64,000 bases of DNA from the NCBI RefSeq assembly GCF_006345805.1, contig NC_043016.1:29512001-29576000 (forward strand), given 5' to 3'. The stretch is from Octopus sinensis. Lineage: Eukaryota. The notes below the pieces were generated by a model. The model saw nothing but the letters and a program-made list of their open reading frames with translations. It did no database searches and was not told where the DNA came from. Positions 36,437 to 44,527 of the stretch are shown piece after piece. Position numbers and translations under genes: made by a program. Each line of letters starts with the position of its first letter. The stretch's first letter is position 1.

Positions 36437-39400
36437 TTGTAAATGTGTGTACGTTTTTATTTGTGCTGAGTTTCTCTCCCTCCATTCTTTGACAACTGGT
36501 GTCAGTTTGTTTATGTCCCTGTAACTTAGTGGTTTCTTAAAAAAAGGAACCGTTATAATAAGCACCAAACTTCAGAAAATAAGTACTGGTGTCAATTTAT
36601 TCATCTAAACCCTTCAAAGCAGTGCTCCAGCATGGCTGCAGTCAAATGACTGAAAAAATTATCTTGACCTACAATCAAAGGTTTCCAGTCGTGACCATTC
36701 CTCCTTTTTATGTCTTAACTACATTAGCCAATACCTCCTTCCATTGTGTATCAATGTCAAACAATCACAGAAACTTTATTATTGACTTGTCCTATGTTGG
36801 TTTGATTCCAAGACACAAGGGTGTAGCAGAACAGTAGAATATTTAACTAACTTGGTGATGGGTCTCGGGGTTTAAGCCCCTTACATTGTGAACTGTAACC
36901 CCATTAGCATCTACTTTGACTTTCATCTGAAGTAGTAGTAGTAGTAGTAGGAGGAGGAGGGAGGTGGTAGTGGTAAAAGATGTGTATCACTAAATTTACA
37001 AATTTGTATTTATAAGAATTTATTATTATTATTTCAAATTCTGCCAAGGCTGACTGCTTTTCATCCTTTCAGGGTTGCTAACATAAGTATCAGTTGAGCA
37101 CTAGGGTAGATGTAATCGACCCCCACCAAAAAAAAAAAAATTTTAGGCCATGTGCCTATAGTAGAAAGGATTATTATTATTATTACCTCTGCCCTAGCAA
37201 AGGTATTGTTTTCAGTCATATTTGTTTGTTTGTTTGCCTGTGGACTAGATATCACAAGAACCAGTGGATGGATTCGAATGAAACTTTCAGGAATATTTGG
37301 CCTCGTGACTGGCACAAACTAATTAGATTTTGCGATATATATATATACCAGGGTTCCTATTGTCTAATGTAGGTAGTCCTTTGTTTATTTTTGACATTAA
37401 TGTATAATTTAAGGGAGATGTAGCTGTTCTTTCTAGCTGGTTGGGTGATCATGCAAAGGCTCTCTGATCATTTTGTTGTTAAAATTTATCTGCAGGCATG
37501 GCTGTATGGTAAGAAGTTTGCTTCCCAACCACAATAGTTCCAGGCTCAGCCCCATTGCATGGCACCTTGGGCAAGTGTCTTCTACTAAAGCCTTGTGAGT
37601 GGATTTAGTAGAGGAAAGCTGAAAGAAGCTTGACGTGTGTGTGTGTTTGCGTGTGAGTGTCTTTGTGTCTGTGTATGTCCTCCACCACCTCTACTGAACA
37701 ACTGGTGTTGGTGTATTTATGCCCATGGGACTTAACAGTTTGGCAAAAGAGATCAATAGAGTAAGTGCCAGGCTTATAAAAATGATAAAAACAAGTACTA
37801 GTGACAATTTGTTGAATTAAAATTCTTCGAGGTCATGCTCCAGTATGGCCATATAATACCTGAAACAAAATAAAATATATAGTTTACTGTTCTGTTAGAG
37901 TTGGTAGGATTGTTATCTTAGTGGCATTTTTGTCTGTCTTTAGGTTCTGAGTTCAAATTCTACTGAGGTTGACTTTGCCTTTCGGTGTTGATGAAATAAA
38001 ATACCAGCTGAGCACTGGTGGTTGATGTAATTGAGTAGATCCTTCCCTCAAACTTGCAGGCCTTGTGCCAAAATTTGAAACCGTTATTAGAAGACATCAA
38101 CAAAAAAGTACTCCAACCAGTGAGAGATAAATCATTCAATATCACATCTGTTGAATTAGTGTTTTAACAGCATGAAACTATTAGCAGCTCATATTTAAGC
38201 ACTGTGTATATTAAAGGACATATATATATAAACATGTATGATTTAAACATTTCCCCCATAGCTTAATTTTAATTCATTTAAAAAAAGAAAAGAAAATAGG
38301 TCACGGTGTACTATTTTTTAGAATTTGATTTAAGCTGAAAGAAAAGTAATCACAAAACAAATTTCTTTATATAATTGATTTATGTATTTATTGTTTCATA
38401 GATTATTTAAAATAACTGAATAAAACAGTAATTACCTCCTCCCATTCATATACATGTAATACTATTATGTAAATTCTGTACACCTAAGTAAATTATTTGA
38501 GCATAATGCAGTCCATTGATTTCTTGGCTCTTGTTGAACTGTTTAAACCAGGGATTCTCAACCATTTTTTTTTTTCGTTATCTATGGACCCTTTTGGTAA
38601 CTATTTTATTCTGCTGGATCTCCATAACCATTTGATGTTTAAAAATGTTCTTTCAAATTTCCTCTTTTGATTTTCAACACATTAAGTTGTGTAGATTTCA
38701 TCATCATCATCATCATCATTTAACGTCCGCTTTCTATGCTAGTATGGGTTGGTAAAATGTTAGAGAAAGAAACCCAGCTGTTTCTTGCAATACATACCAA
38801 TACATACATCTAAAGCAGAGGCTCTCAACTATTTTTTATCTATGGATTCTTTTTATTACTATTCTATTATGGTGGACCTCATAGCCACCCGATGTTTAAA
38901 AACTAGTTTTATAGAAATGTCTTTCAAAATTCCTATTTTGTTTATTACACATCTACTTGTGTAGGTTGAACTATGTAAAATGGTAGAGAAAGAAACCAAG
39001 TTGTTTCTTGCAATAAATACCAATACATAAATCTAAAGCAAAATTTTTTCAGGGGTCCTTAAAATACTATTGTGGATCCCCAATTTACTATTTTGTTGCA
39101 TGGACCCCCAAAGATCTTATATGGACCCTGGTTGAGAACCACTGGTTTCAAATCTTTCATCAGCATGGAAAACAGATATTAAATGATGACGTTGATGATG
39201 GTGATAATATTCTCTTTGTGTACAAGTCATATATTATCAAATAATGAGTTATAATATTTTCTTGTTCTATTATTATTGAGAATTCTTCTTCATCATTATC
39301 ATCATCATTTAATGTCCATCTTCAATGTTAGTATGGCCTAGACAATTCAACTCTATCTGAGAAGCCAAAGAGTTGCATTGAACTCCAGTGTCTGCTCTAC

Positions 39401-42400
39401 CAGGGTTTCTACGGTTGGATACCCCTTCCTAATGCCAACCAATTTACTGTGTGTATTAGCTGCTTTTAGCTATTTTTTTTTGTGGTGGTACTGGCTCCAG
39501 TGAGGTCACCAAATATCTAACAATACAGAAACCCCCCAACAGGATGGGTGAGTAGTGGCATGATGTCACATGTTGAGAGATTAAATTATGATAGAAAGTG
39601 CAGAAACAGCTTTATTGTTGATAAGGAAATTCATGGCTACTCCAGCTGTAGAAGAGATGGTGGCAATGAAGTGTCAGGGCATACCCTCAGGTACAAGAAG
39701 ATGAATTAAAAGAGAACAGGGTTAGAGAATTGAGGATTGCTGGGTAGGTAGGTAGGTAGGTCAGTTTGCAACAGAGTGGAAAGAAAATAACAGATGGTTA
39801 GATGTAGGGAGAGGTGAATACAGTGGATGGTGAATATGCATAAGGGTGTGGTGAATGGGGAATCTCAATTGCGGGGGGGGAAGCAGTGTATCAGGGAAGA
39901 GGAGGTGATAAGTGGAAGTATATATGGGTGGATGGGTAGGGGTGGGACAGTATAATATAATAAGATTGTAGATAGATGAGAAATAGGGAAATGATGTGAA
40001 GTAGAGGATTGGGAGAAGAGAGAGAGAGAGAGAATGTACAGTGACAGGGATGGAGTTCAGATGTATGTAAGGCTGGATATAATAAGTGACAGTGTGGGAC
40101 AGGCTGTTAATGGTAGATATGAGAGGGTGTTCAGGATGGAAAAAAGGGGTATTCAATGGAAAATAAAGTGGCAAAAGATGATGGGTAACAAGAGAGATGA
40201 TTCCAAGGAAAGAGACAATGGGTAGCACAAAGGTGTGGGGTGTGGGACGAAATATTTGCAGTTCCACTGTCATATAATTACAATAGCTGAGAAAATAGTG
40301 CCTTAGTTGGAAGAGTGATGGCAGGACAAGTGTTAGAAAGATGAGTTGTGGGGGAGGCTTGTAAGGTACTGGTTGGGTGTGGATGGGGGCATGTACATAA
40401 ATGATATGCTTAAAATATGACATTTTTTCCCCCCATGACTTCATTTCCATAATATTGGTGGTCATCATCATCATCATCATCATCGTCGTTTAACGTCCGT
40501 TCTCCATGCTAGCATGGGTTGGACGGTTCGACCGGGGTTCTGGGAAGCCAGAAGGCTGCACCAGGCTCCAGTCTAATTTGGCAATGTTTCTACAGCTGGA
40601 TGCCCTTCATCAGTTTCAAAGATTCCTTTGCTGAATTTCTTTAGGGAGACACTAACCAAGGAACCCGCATTGGCTTAAGTGCTAAATGTTTAGAAACAGT
40701 TCCGAATGACTTAATTTATAGCAAGTTTTTATGAAATTATATTATTTTTAATATATGTTTGTTTAAATTAATTTTTGTTGGGGTGATCAAAGAATATGTA
40801 TTAAAATAAGTTAACTTACTTGACTATATAATAATTCTTTCTACTAGTGCTTGGATCTCATTCCATTTCAATTTGTCATAGTTCTCCAAGCCATAACAGA
40901 ACAGGTTAAGGCTGTAGGGAACTGCAGTATACTAAGGGTTTAGTTCTTTTAGCTGAATTTATAGTAGGATTAGAAAAGAAATACCAGGTATAGAAACAAA
41001 ATGTGGACTCAAAAGACTTCAAAGTTAACCTCACAAGAACTTGTAGTTCTTGTGAATAGGAAAATAGAGGAAAAGCACTGCTCAGCATAACTAACTGATA
41101 CTATGGGTATTATACAACCATCTTATTCTTGGTCTACCTGTATGTCTCCTGTTGATTGGGCTCACCTTGAAGAACCCTCTCTTGTGAACCTTTCCTACAA
41201 CATTTCATACACATGTCTATAGTAGTAAAATCTTCTAATTTTAAATAAATATGTCAATATGACCTATTTAACTTTACACTTTCATTTATATAACTTTTCA
41301 AATGAAGAAAATTTAATTCTTGCTCTGTTACAAACTGGATTAAAAAAAAACAACAACTTTACTTTTGTATTCTTAAAAGAATCGTTCTTAGTGTATTACT
41401 AGTATTTAATTCTATCAAAGAAAGTTAGTAGGGAGTAAAATTCTTCTAAGATTTAAAGTCAAATATGCTAAAAGAATGAAATAAAATATTACCAAGCAAT
41501 TAACTCAATTCTTTTACTGTTTCTTTGGTAAATTGAAATAAAGCCACAGGGGAAACTGTCAATTAATTCATTTAAATGCAATAATTAATAAGGAAAGTCA
41601 TTAAACAAATAATGTATTAGGTCATTTATTAATTGACAATATATAACATGTACACAATGTCAACAGCATAATTGAAGGAGTGTGCATGTCTCCAATTTAT
41701 TTGATCTTTTATTTTGTACTTGTTTAAATGTTTTGGTTTATTTATTTATTTATTGGTTTTGTCAAAGAAAAGGGGCTGACCCCCATGGTCTTCATAGTCC
41801 CCTAAAACTGGGTAAAGTGACATGGTTATCGTTCTTGGATTAGTTGCAAGTTGATTGTTTCAAGTAATAAAAAAAAAAAAATATGTGCGGGGTGGGAATT
41901 TTGATGGTAGGGGTCAACATTTGGGAAAGAAGGACTGTTTCATAGCAATCAGTGCAGTGCAGATTCTGGTGGAGGAGGTGGGGGAAGTATAAAATGTGGC
42001 TATTGAGAAGAGATGTGACAGGTGATTCTGGAGTGGTGTGAGGCTAGCAACCTGTGACTTCTAAGAAACAGCAGTCAAATTTCCTCCAAATCAGGAAAAA
42101 ACAAGACAGGGTGGGCACAACCAAAACATCTTTGATCATAGTTTTGTTACATCAGGTTTGACCCATGGTTAAATAACTATTTCGGGGAATGATCTCCCTT
42201 TGCAGGCTAGAGGACGCCGTGATGGCGTCAGCCCTCCTGGTGACGTTGATGATCGCCTGGGGCTAAATGCATCAGTAACACCCCCACCGCCCTGCCTTGT
42301 CCCTAGCCACATTCAGATGGCTAACGTCCCTTATGTTATGGAGCAGTTACTGTCTATATCTCGTTTAGAGAATTATTATTGCTAAATAACTATTGTTTCT

Positions 42401-43800
42401 GCCATTTCATTGCTATAAAAAGATTAATGAATCTCTCTATATATAAACAGCAAAATGTCTGCATGCGTGTCCTTTATACAAATCCACAATTTTTCAGTTT
42501 AGAGGGCTCACACTTTCTATGGTCATTCAAAACCGTCCAAGGGTGGTCGTGCACATCTTTACATTTCCCCAGTCACCCTGCAAAGCCATTAAAAAATCAA
42601 TAGAAGCGACCTTTTTGTGAATTTTCTATCCAAAACTCAATCAAAATGCCCGAAACTTGATACGCCAATTGAATGCCAGCTAGCTGTATGTGATTGGTCG
42701 GAGATTTGGGCAGTACCCGCGTGTATGTGTACGCGCATGCAGCTGTATATGTATGCACTAGCATTATAACCCGGTGTTGCTGGGTCATAGTGCTAGTATA
42801 AAATAAAAAATTTAGAAACTTCAAGAAAAAACTTTTAACAGTGGAGCATTAAGTAGATAAAGTCATAAATGATATGTGTAAATATTAGGTTTTAAAAAGA
42901 TCCCTTGACTAGTAAAAGTCATCCATCCATCCATCAATCCATCTCCTCTGCTTGCTGTTCTTGGGATGGTCATACAGACACCTCTTCCATAGGATCCTGT
43001 CAGAAGTAACTGTCAATTCTTAATGTATCCCTAGGACTCCTGCTAGTTGGCTCAGCTTAAAGAATCTGTCTTTTGATTCTTGCGGCATTCTGATTACATG
43101 TTCCAAGTACTGAAGCTGTGACTTCTCAAAGCAGACAAGCTCTGGCTCAATCTAGAGAGGATCCTTGATCTTCAAGCTGTGCACCAAATGTTGCTCCAAG
43201 GATCTTTTGGATGACCCTCATTTACAGCTCATTGTATTTGCAATCATGCACTTGTGATATTTACTCAGTATTTATGGCCATGGGTAAAGTATAGGCGCAA
43301 GAACTGAATTGAAGATGGTGAGTCTGTAATTTTTGAAGATCAATGGAGATATCTGAGGCTGCATTACTGTTTCATAGTGCTTACTTTGGTTCAGATTATA
43401 GCAGAATCCTTCCGTGTTGTTTTAGATTTTGTTCACCATCATCATTGTCACCACCACCACCACCATAAACTAAAATATCAGTTAGAGTACTGGGAGTCGA
43501 TGCAATCAACTAACTTGCTAAATGCAGTGCTCCAGCATGGTAAAAAAACAATGACTGAAGCTACTAAATAAATGAATAAATAAAAATTGAAGAATAATAT
43601 TTTATCTCTCTCTCTCTTTTTTTTTTTTTAATTTTTTTCCAGGTCGCTATTGTATGGATCTTGTTGACACAGATCGCCTTCAATATGCATCAGAACATGG
43701 TTATGATGTTATATTGTGCTCATTGGTGCCACAGACTTGTACACCCAAAAATAACTTACTGATTGGAACTCTTCCTACAAATACTGCTATTTCCAGTTGA
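1213..43800 (+). CDS. GSTCD: Glutathione S-transferase C-terminal domain-containing protein (GST-C-like + class I SAM methyltransferase domain); spliced gene, 13 coding exons in window, 5' part upstream of window
   Basis: Exons 1213-1248, 5810-5880, 16515-16806, 19238-19501, 22138-22376, 24602-24668, 26575-26671, 27754-27869, 30017-30061, 31032-31121, 33368-33574, 34120-34183, 43643-43800 all have AG/GT boundaries and compatible phases (1746 nt incl. TGA). Motifs match GSTCD from memory: [88 protein letters not shown]. Confidence 0.93.
1282..1632. repeat. degenerate (CA)n microsatellite
   Basis: directly visible. Confidence 0.95.
2680..2895 (+). mobile_element. tRNA-derived SINE family B (tail type ii)
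   Basis: GAGCTGGCAGAAACGTTAG head, GAGTTCAAATTCC B box; tail CCTTGTACCCAGAGTAGAAAAG. Confidence 0.85.
3360..3940. repeat. (TA)/(TATG)n microsatellite containing two copies of a 45-bp RTE 3' tail
   Basis: catcatcatcgtttaacgtccgctttccatgctagcatgggttg at ~3741 and ~3857. Confidence 0.9.
5810..5880 (+). CDS. GSTCD: GSTCD exon ([23 protein letters not shown])
   Basis: ttctag|GTG...GAG|gtaaga; continues the AE-VSxWTxLCE motif; phase 0/2. Confidence 0.88.
7553..8562 (-). mobile_element. Helitron-like non-autonomous element with internal 306-bp-period duplication
   Basis: Minus-strand 5' end A|TCTATTATATAAAATCCG(TCTG)n resembles the 5' end of the 42432 Helitron; CTAG at 7553-7556; no clear 3' hairpin. 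Confidence 0.45.
9511..9861. repeat. Perfect 127-bp inverted repeat (9511-9637 / 9735-9861) with 97-bp spacer; probable Penelope-like pLTR remnant
   Basis: Arms are reverse complements; embedded in (TA)n. Confidence 0.92.
9680..9721 (-). ncRNA. Minimal type-I hammerhead ribozyme, U3-A8 core variant
   Basis: Minus strand: GCUGCA UUGAAAA GGGG-CAAUA-CCCC GAAAC-GU-GUC UGUAGC (stem I 6 bp, stem II 4 bp, very short stem III, GUC cleavage triplet). Confidence 0.75.
10253..10670 (+). mobile_element. SINE family A copy
   Basis: Full head, core and tail; further copies at 4370-4730(-), 7134-7400(-), 37494-37875(+). Confidence 0.85.
11110..12222 (-). mobile_element. Decayed Tc1-family DNA transposon (transposase pseudogene)
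   Basis: TA|CAGGGGTTGGACAAAATAATGGAAACAC TIR; minus-strand remnants [50 protein letters not shown]; frameshifts and stops. Confidence 0.88.
12677..13730 (-). mobile_element. 5'-truncated RTE-clade LINE: ORF C-terminus plus 3' UTR with ~66-bp tandem array and (GAT)n tail
   Basis: Minus-strand [39 protein letters not shown]; GTTAGGAAGGGCATCC motif; (GAT)n end. Confidence 0.85.
14614..15072. mobile_element. Unclassified interspersed repeat (family D) in (ATT)n, with partial terminal duplication
   Basis: Closely matches 48980-49490; 14614-14705 duplicates 14736-14826. Confidence 0.7.
15073..15793. repeat. ~720-bp (ATT)n/(ATC) microsatellite
   Basis: directly visible. Confidence 0.97.
15984..16358 (-). 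mobile_element. 3' fragment of an RLE-type non-LTR retrotransposon (R4/Dong-like)
   Basis: Minus strand [48 protein letters not shown]; both ends in (TAA)n. Confidence 0.8.
16515..16806 (+). CDS. GSTCD: GSTCD exon (…[19 protein letters not shown]…FKI)
   Basis: ccag|G TTG...ATT|gtaagt; HNDDK motif; phase 2/0. Confidence 0.9.
18065..18490. mobile_element. Two adjacent, inverted copies of a piggyBac-like MITE
   Basis: TTAA(C/T)CTTTAGCATT…GCTAAAG(A/G)GTTA termini; related copies at 890-1091, 29490-29680, 53245-53412. Confidence 0.6.
19238..19501 (+). CDS. GSTCD: GSTCD exon (PVNN…[24 protein letters not shown])
   Basis: ctgcag|CCT...ATT|gtaagt; GST C-terminal N-cap motif G..(T/S)xAD; phase 0/0. 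Confidence 0.88.
20913..20958 (-). ncRNA. Minimal type-I hammerhead ribozyme (Penelope type)
   Basis: Minus strand GACAC CUGAUGA AUGCUG…CAGCC GAA ACGU U GUGUU; palindromic ACGU stem III; one mismatch at the base of stem II. Confidence 0.7.
21194..21261 (-). other. tRNA-like Pol III module (A box TGGCGCAGTGG, B box GTTCGATTCC)
   Basis: Near-identical copy at 55986-56053; no intact acceptor stem, so not a functional tRNA. Confidence 0.7.
21383..21970. repeat. ~20-bp minisatellite (GTGAACTTTCCTTGCAG-like, >20 copies) bounded by short inverted termini
   Basis: GTGAACTT recurs every ~20 bp from 21509 to 21963; TGGTAAGTT…ATCAATTC versus GAATTGAT…AACTTACCA. Confidence 0.85.
22138..22376 (+). CDS. 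GSTCD: GSTCD exon (ESIDF…[15 protein letters not shown]…EESEL)
   Basis: tccag|GAA...CA|gtaagt; GST-type P.L..W...M..P helix; phase 0/2. Confidence 0.88.
22765..23557 (-). mobile_element. Three head-to-tail SINE family B copies separated by trinucleotide tracts
   Basis: ~22765-22982, ~23078-23297, ~23341-23557. Confidence 0.85.
23790..24580. repeat. Degenerate ~21-bp minisatellite (ATGTTGCTAATTATCTTAAC-like) interrupted by an RTE 3'-end insertion (~24033-24508, +)
   Basis: Unit visible on both sides of the insertion. Confidence 0.75.
24602..24668 (+). CDS. GSTCD: GSTCD exon ([22 protein letters not shown])
   Basis: ttccag|A CGT...AAG|gtgaga; phase 2/0 bridges the neighbouring exons; weaker sequence conservation. 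Confidence 0.75.
25569..25868. mobile_element. hAT-type MITE
   Basis: TIR CAGGGCTTGG/CCAACCCCTG and perfect 8-bp TSD CCTTATAA (25561-25568, 25869-25876). Confidence 0.85.
25998..26380 (-). mobile_element. SINE family A, full-length
   Basis: Reverse complement of 53720-54113. Confidence 0.88.
26575..26671 (+). CDS. GSTCD: GSTCD exon ([32 protein letters not shown])
   Basis: tttttag|GAG...G|gtaaga; HPC…W..LP..P.EG motif; phase 0/1. Confidence 0.88.
27754..27869 (+). CDS. GSTCD: GSTCD exon ([18 protein letters not shown]…IVDFCSGG)
   Basis: tttcag|GT...GGG|gtaagt; SAM-binding motif I; phase 1/0. Confidence 0.92.
28080..28592. mobile_element. Tc1/mariner-pogo-type MITE
   Basis: TA|CCGTAAATCCTC…GAGGATTTACAG|TA TIRs; subterminal CGTATTATA repeats. 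Confidence 0.8.
28820..29428 (+). mobile_element. SINE A with nested SINE B (28974-29203)
   Basis: 12-bp TSD AGAAACTGAAAG at 28962-28973 and 29204-29215. Confidence 0.88.
30017..30061 (+). CDS. GSTCD: GSTCD exon ([15 protein letters not shown])
   Basis: ttccag|GGA...AAG|gtttgt; completes DFCSGGGHLG. Confidence 0.9.
30687..30824. repeat. 49-bp inverted repeat (one mismatch) with 40-bp spacer next to (TA)n
   Basis: 30687-30735 versus 30776-30824. Confidence 0.9.
31032..31121 (+). CDS. GSTCD: GSTCD exon ([30 protein letters not shown])
   Basis: taag|GTG...CAG|gtatgt; LIENKE motif. Confidence 0.9.
31580..32233 (+). mobile_element. RTE 3'-UTR-derived element with ~63-bp tandem units and (GAT)n tail
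   Basis: Units GGCACCTGTGTCGGTGGCACATAAAAAACACCATCCGAGCGTGGCCG…; near-identical inverted copy at 61985-62472. Confidence 0.85.
32235..32455. mobile_element. mariner-type MITE
   Basis: TIR GGGTGCTGAAAAGTTCCTAGCTTT / AAAGCCAGGAGCTTTCCAGCACCC; TA flanks. Confidence 0.7.
32507..32738 (+). mobile_element. SINE family B (tail type i)
   Basis: Head as 2680; tail TGTCTGTCCTTGTTTGTCCCC…AAAGAAAT. Confidence 0.87.
32968..33096 (-). ncRNA. Type-I hammerhead ribozyme with extended stem II
   Basis: Minus strand AUAAUCU CUGACGA AGCCUAGAG…(~80 nt)…CUCUUGGCU GAA ACAGCUGU A AGUUAU; canonical core; palindromic stem III. Confidence 0.65.
33368..33574 (+). CDS. GSTCD: GSTCD exon (CNLGYF…LHACGVATD…CPCCYG…SDK)
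   Basis: tttcag|TGC...AAG|gtaaat; LHACG and PCCY methyltransferase motifs. Confidence 0.93.
33679..33898. mobile_element. piggyBac-type MITE
   Basis: TTAA|CCCTTTCGTTACCA…TGGTAACAAAAGGG|TTAA. Confidence 0.88.
34120..34183 (+). CDS. GSTCD: GSTCD exon ([21 protein letters not shown])
   Basis: ttttag|GAC...G|gtaatg; ADQT motif; phase 0/1. Confidence 0.88.
35101..35264 (+). mobile_element. Penelope-like GIY-YIG endonuclease fragment
   Basis: [20 protein letters not shown]…[10 protein letters not shown]…IPY fits the PLE pattern YIG…FK.R..NH..SF…T.LS.H.W.L. Confidence 0.7.
38549..39144. mobile_element. hAT-like MITE with internal duplication
   Basis: CAGGGATTCTCAACC…GGTTGAGAACCACTG; imperfect 8-bp TSD (gtttaaac/gtttcaaa); relative at ~20190-20695. 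Confidence 0.65.
42432..42796 (+). mobile_element. Non-autonomous Helitron
   Basis: A|TC 5' end, 3' hairpin ACCCGG-TGTTG-CTGGGT (42769-42785) 7 nt before CTAG|T; no TSD. Confidence 0.8.
42960..43420 (-). mobile_element. Highly decayed RTE-like LINE C-terminal remnant
   Basis: Minus strand [12 protein letters not shown] and DRILWKR motifs. Confidence 0.5.
43643..43800 (+). CDS. GSTCD: GSTCD terminal coding exon ([12 protein letters not shown]…[10 protein letters not shown]…SS*)
   Basis: ttccag|GT CGC...TGA; CM.LVD.DR and PKNN C-terminal motifs. Confidence 0.92.
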
Positions 43801-43931
43801 TTATTGCAGTAAAAGAAAAATATTGTGATAGGAATGTATATATATATATATATATATACATACCATTTCTGCATCTCCATCATCAGTGCCATTTATGTCT
43901 CATCTTCATCATCAGTATCATTACCATTAAA

Positions 43932-43965
<34 letters not shown>

Positions 43966-44300
43966 GTGAAGGCGCATGGCTCAGTGGTTACAGTGTCAGG
44001 CTCAGCCATGAGGTAGGGAGTTCGATTCGCAGACTGGGCTGTGTGTTGTGTTCTTGAGCAAGACACTTTATTTCATGTTGCTCCAATTCACTGATCTTTA
44101 AAAATGAGTTACAATGTCACCGGTGCCAAGCTGTATCAGTCTTTGCCTTTCCCTTGGACAATATTGTTGATGTGGAGAGGAGAGGCTGGTATGTATGGAC
44201 AACTGCTGGTCTTCCATAAACAATCTTGTCTGGACTTGTTCTCAGTGGGAACCTTCTAGGTGCATTCCCACAATCATTCATGACCAAAGAGGATCTTTAC
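43966..44300 (+). mobile_element. SINE family C, ~170 nt after the GSTCD stop codon
   Basis: Reverse complement of 562-891. Confidence 0.8.
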
Positions 44301-44527
44301 CCTTATTTTTATTATTATTGTTATTATCATTATGCTTAGTGGTATTTATGTTCTGAATTCAAATTCTACTATGGTCAACTTTGCCTTTTGGGGTCAATAA
44401 AATAAGTACCAATTGAGTATTGGGGTCACTGTAATCAACTATTCCACTCCCTCAAAGTTTCAGGCCTTGTACTTGTAGTAGATAAAATTATTATTACTAT
44501 CATTATTATTGTTATTTTTATTATTAT

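Noticed and set aside
39761-40483. 240-aa minus-strand ORF (also 6143-6658 and 56735-57049)
   Set aside because: Purine-rich, low-complexity decayed repeat sequence; no recognisable domain or splice structure.
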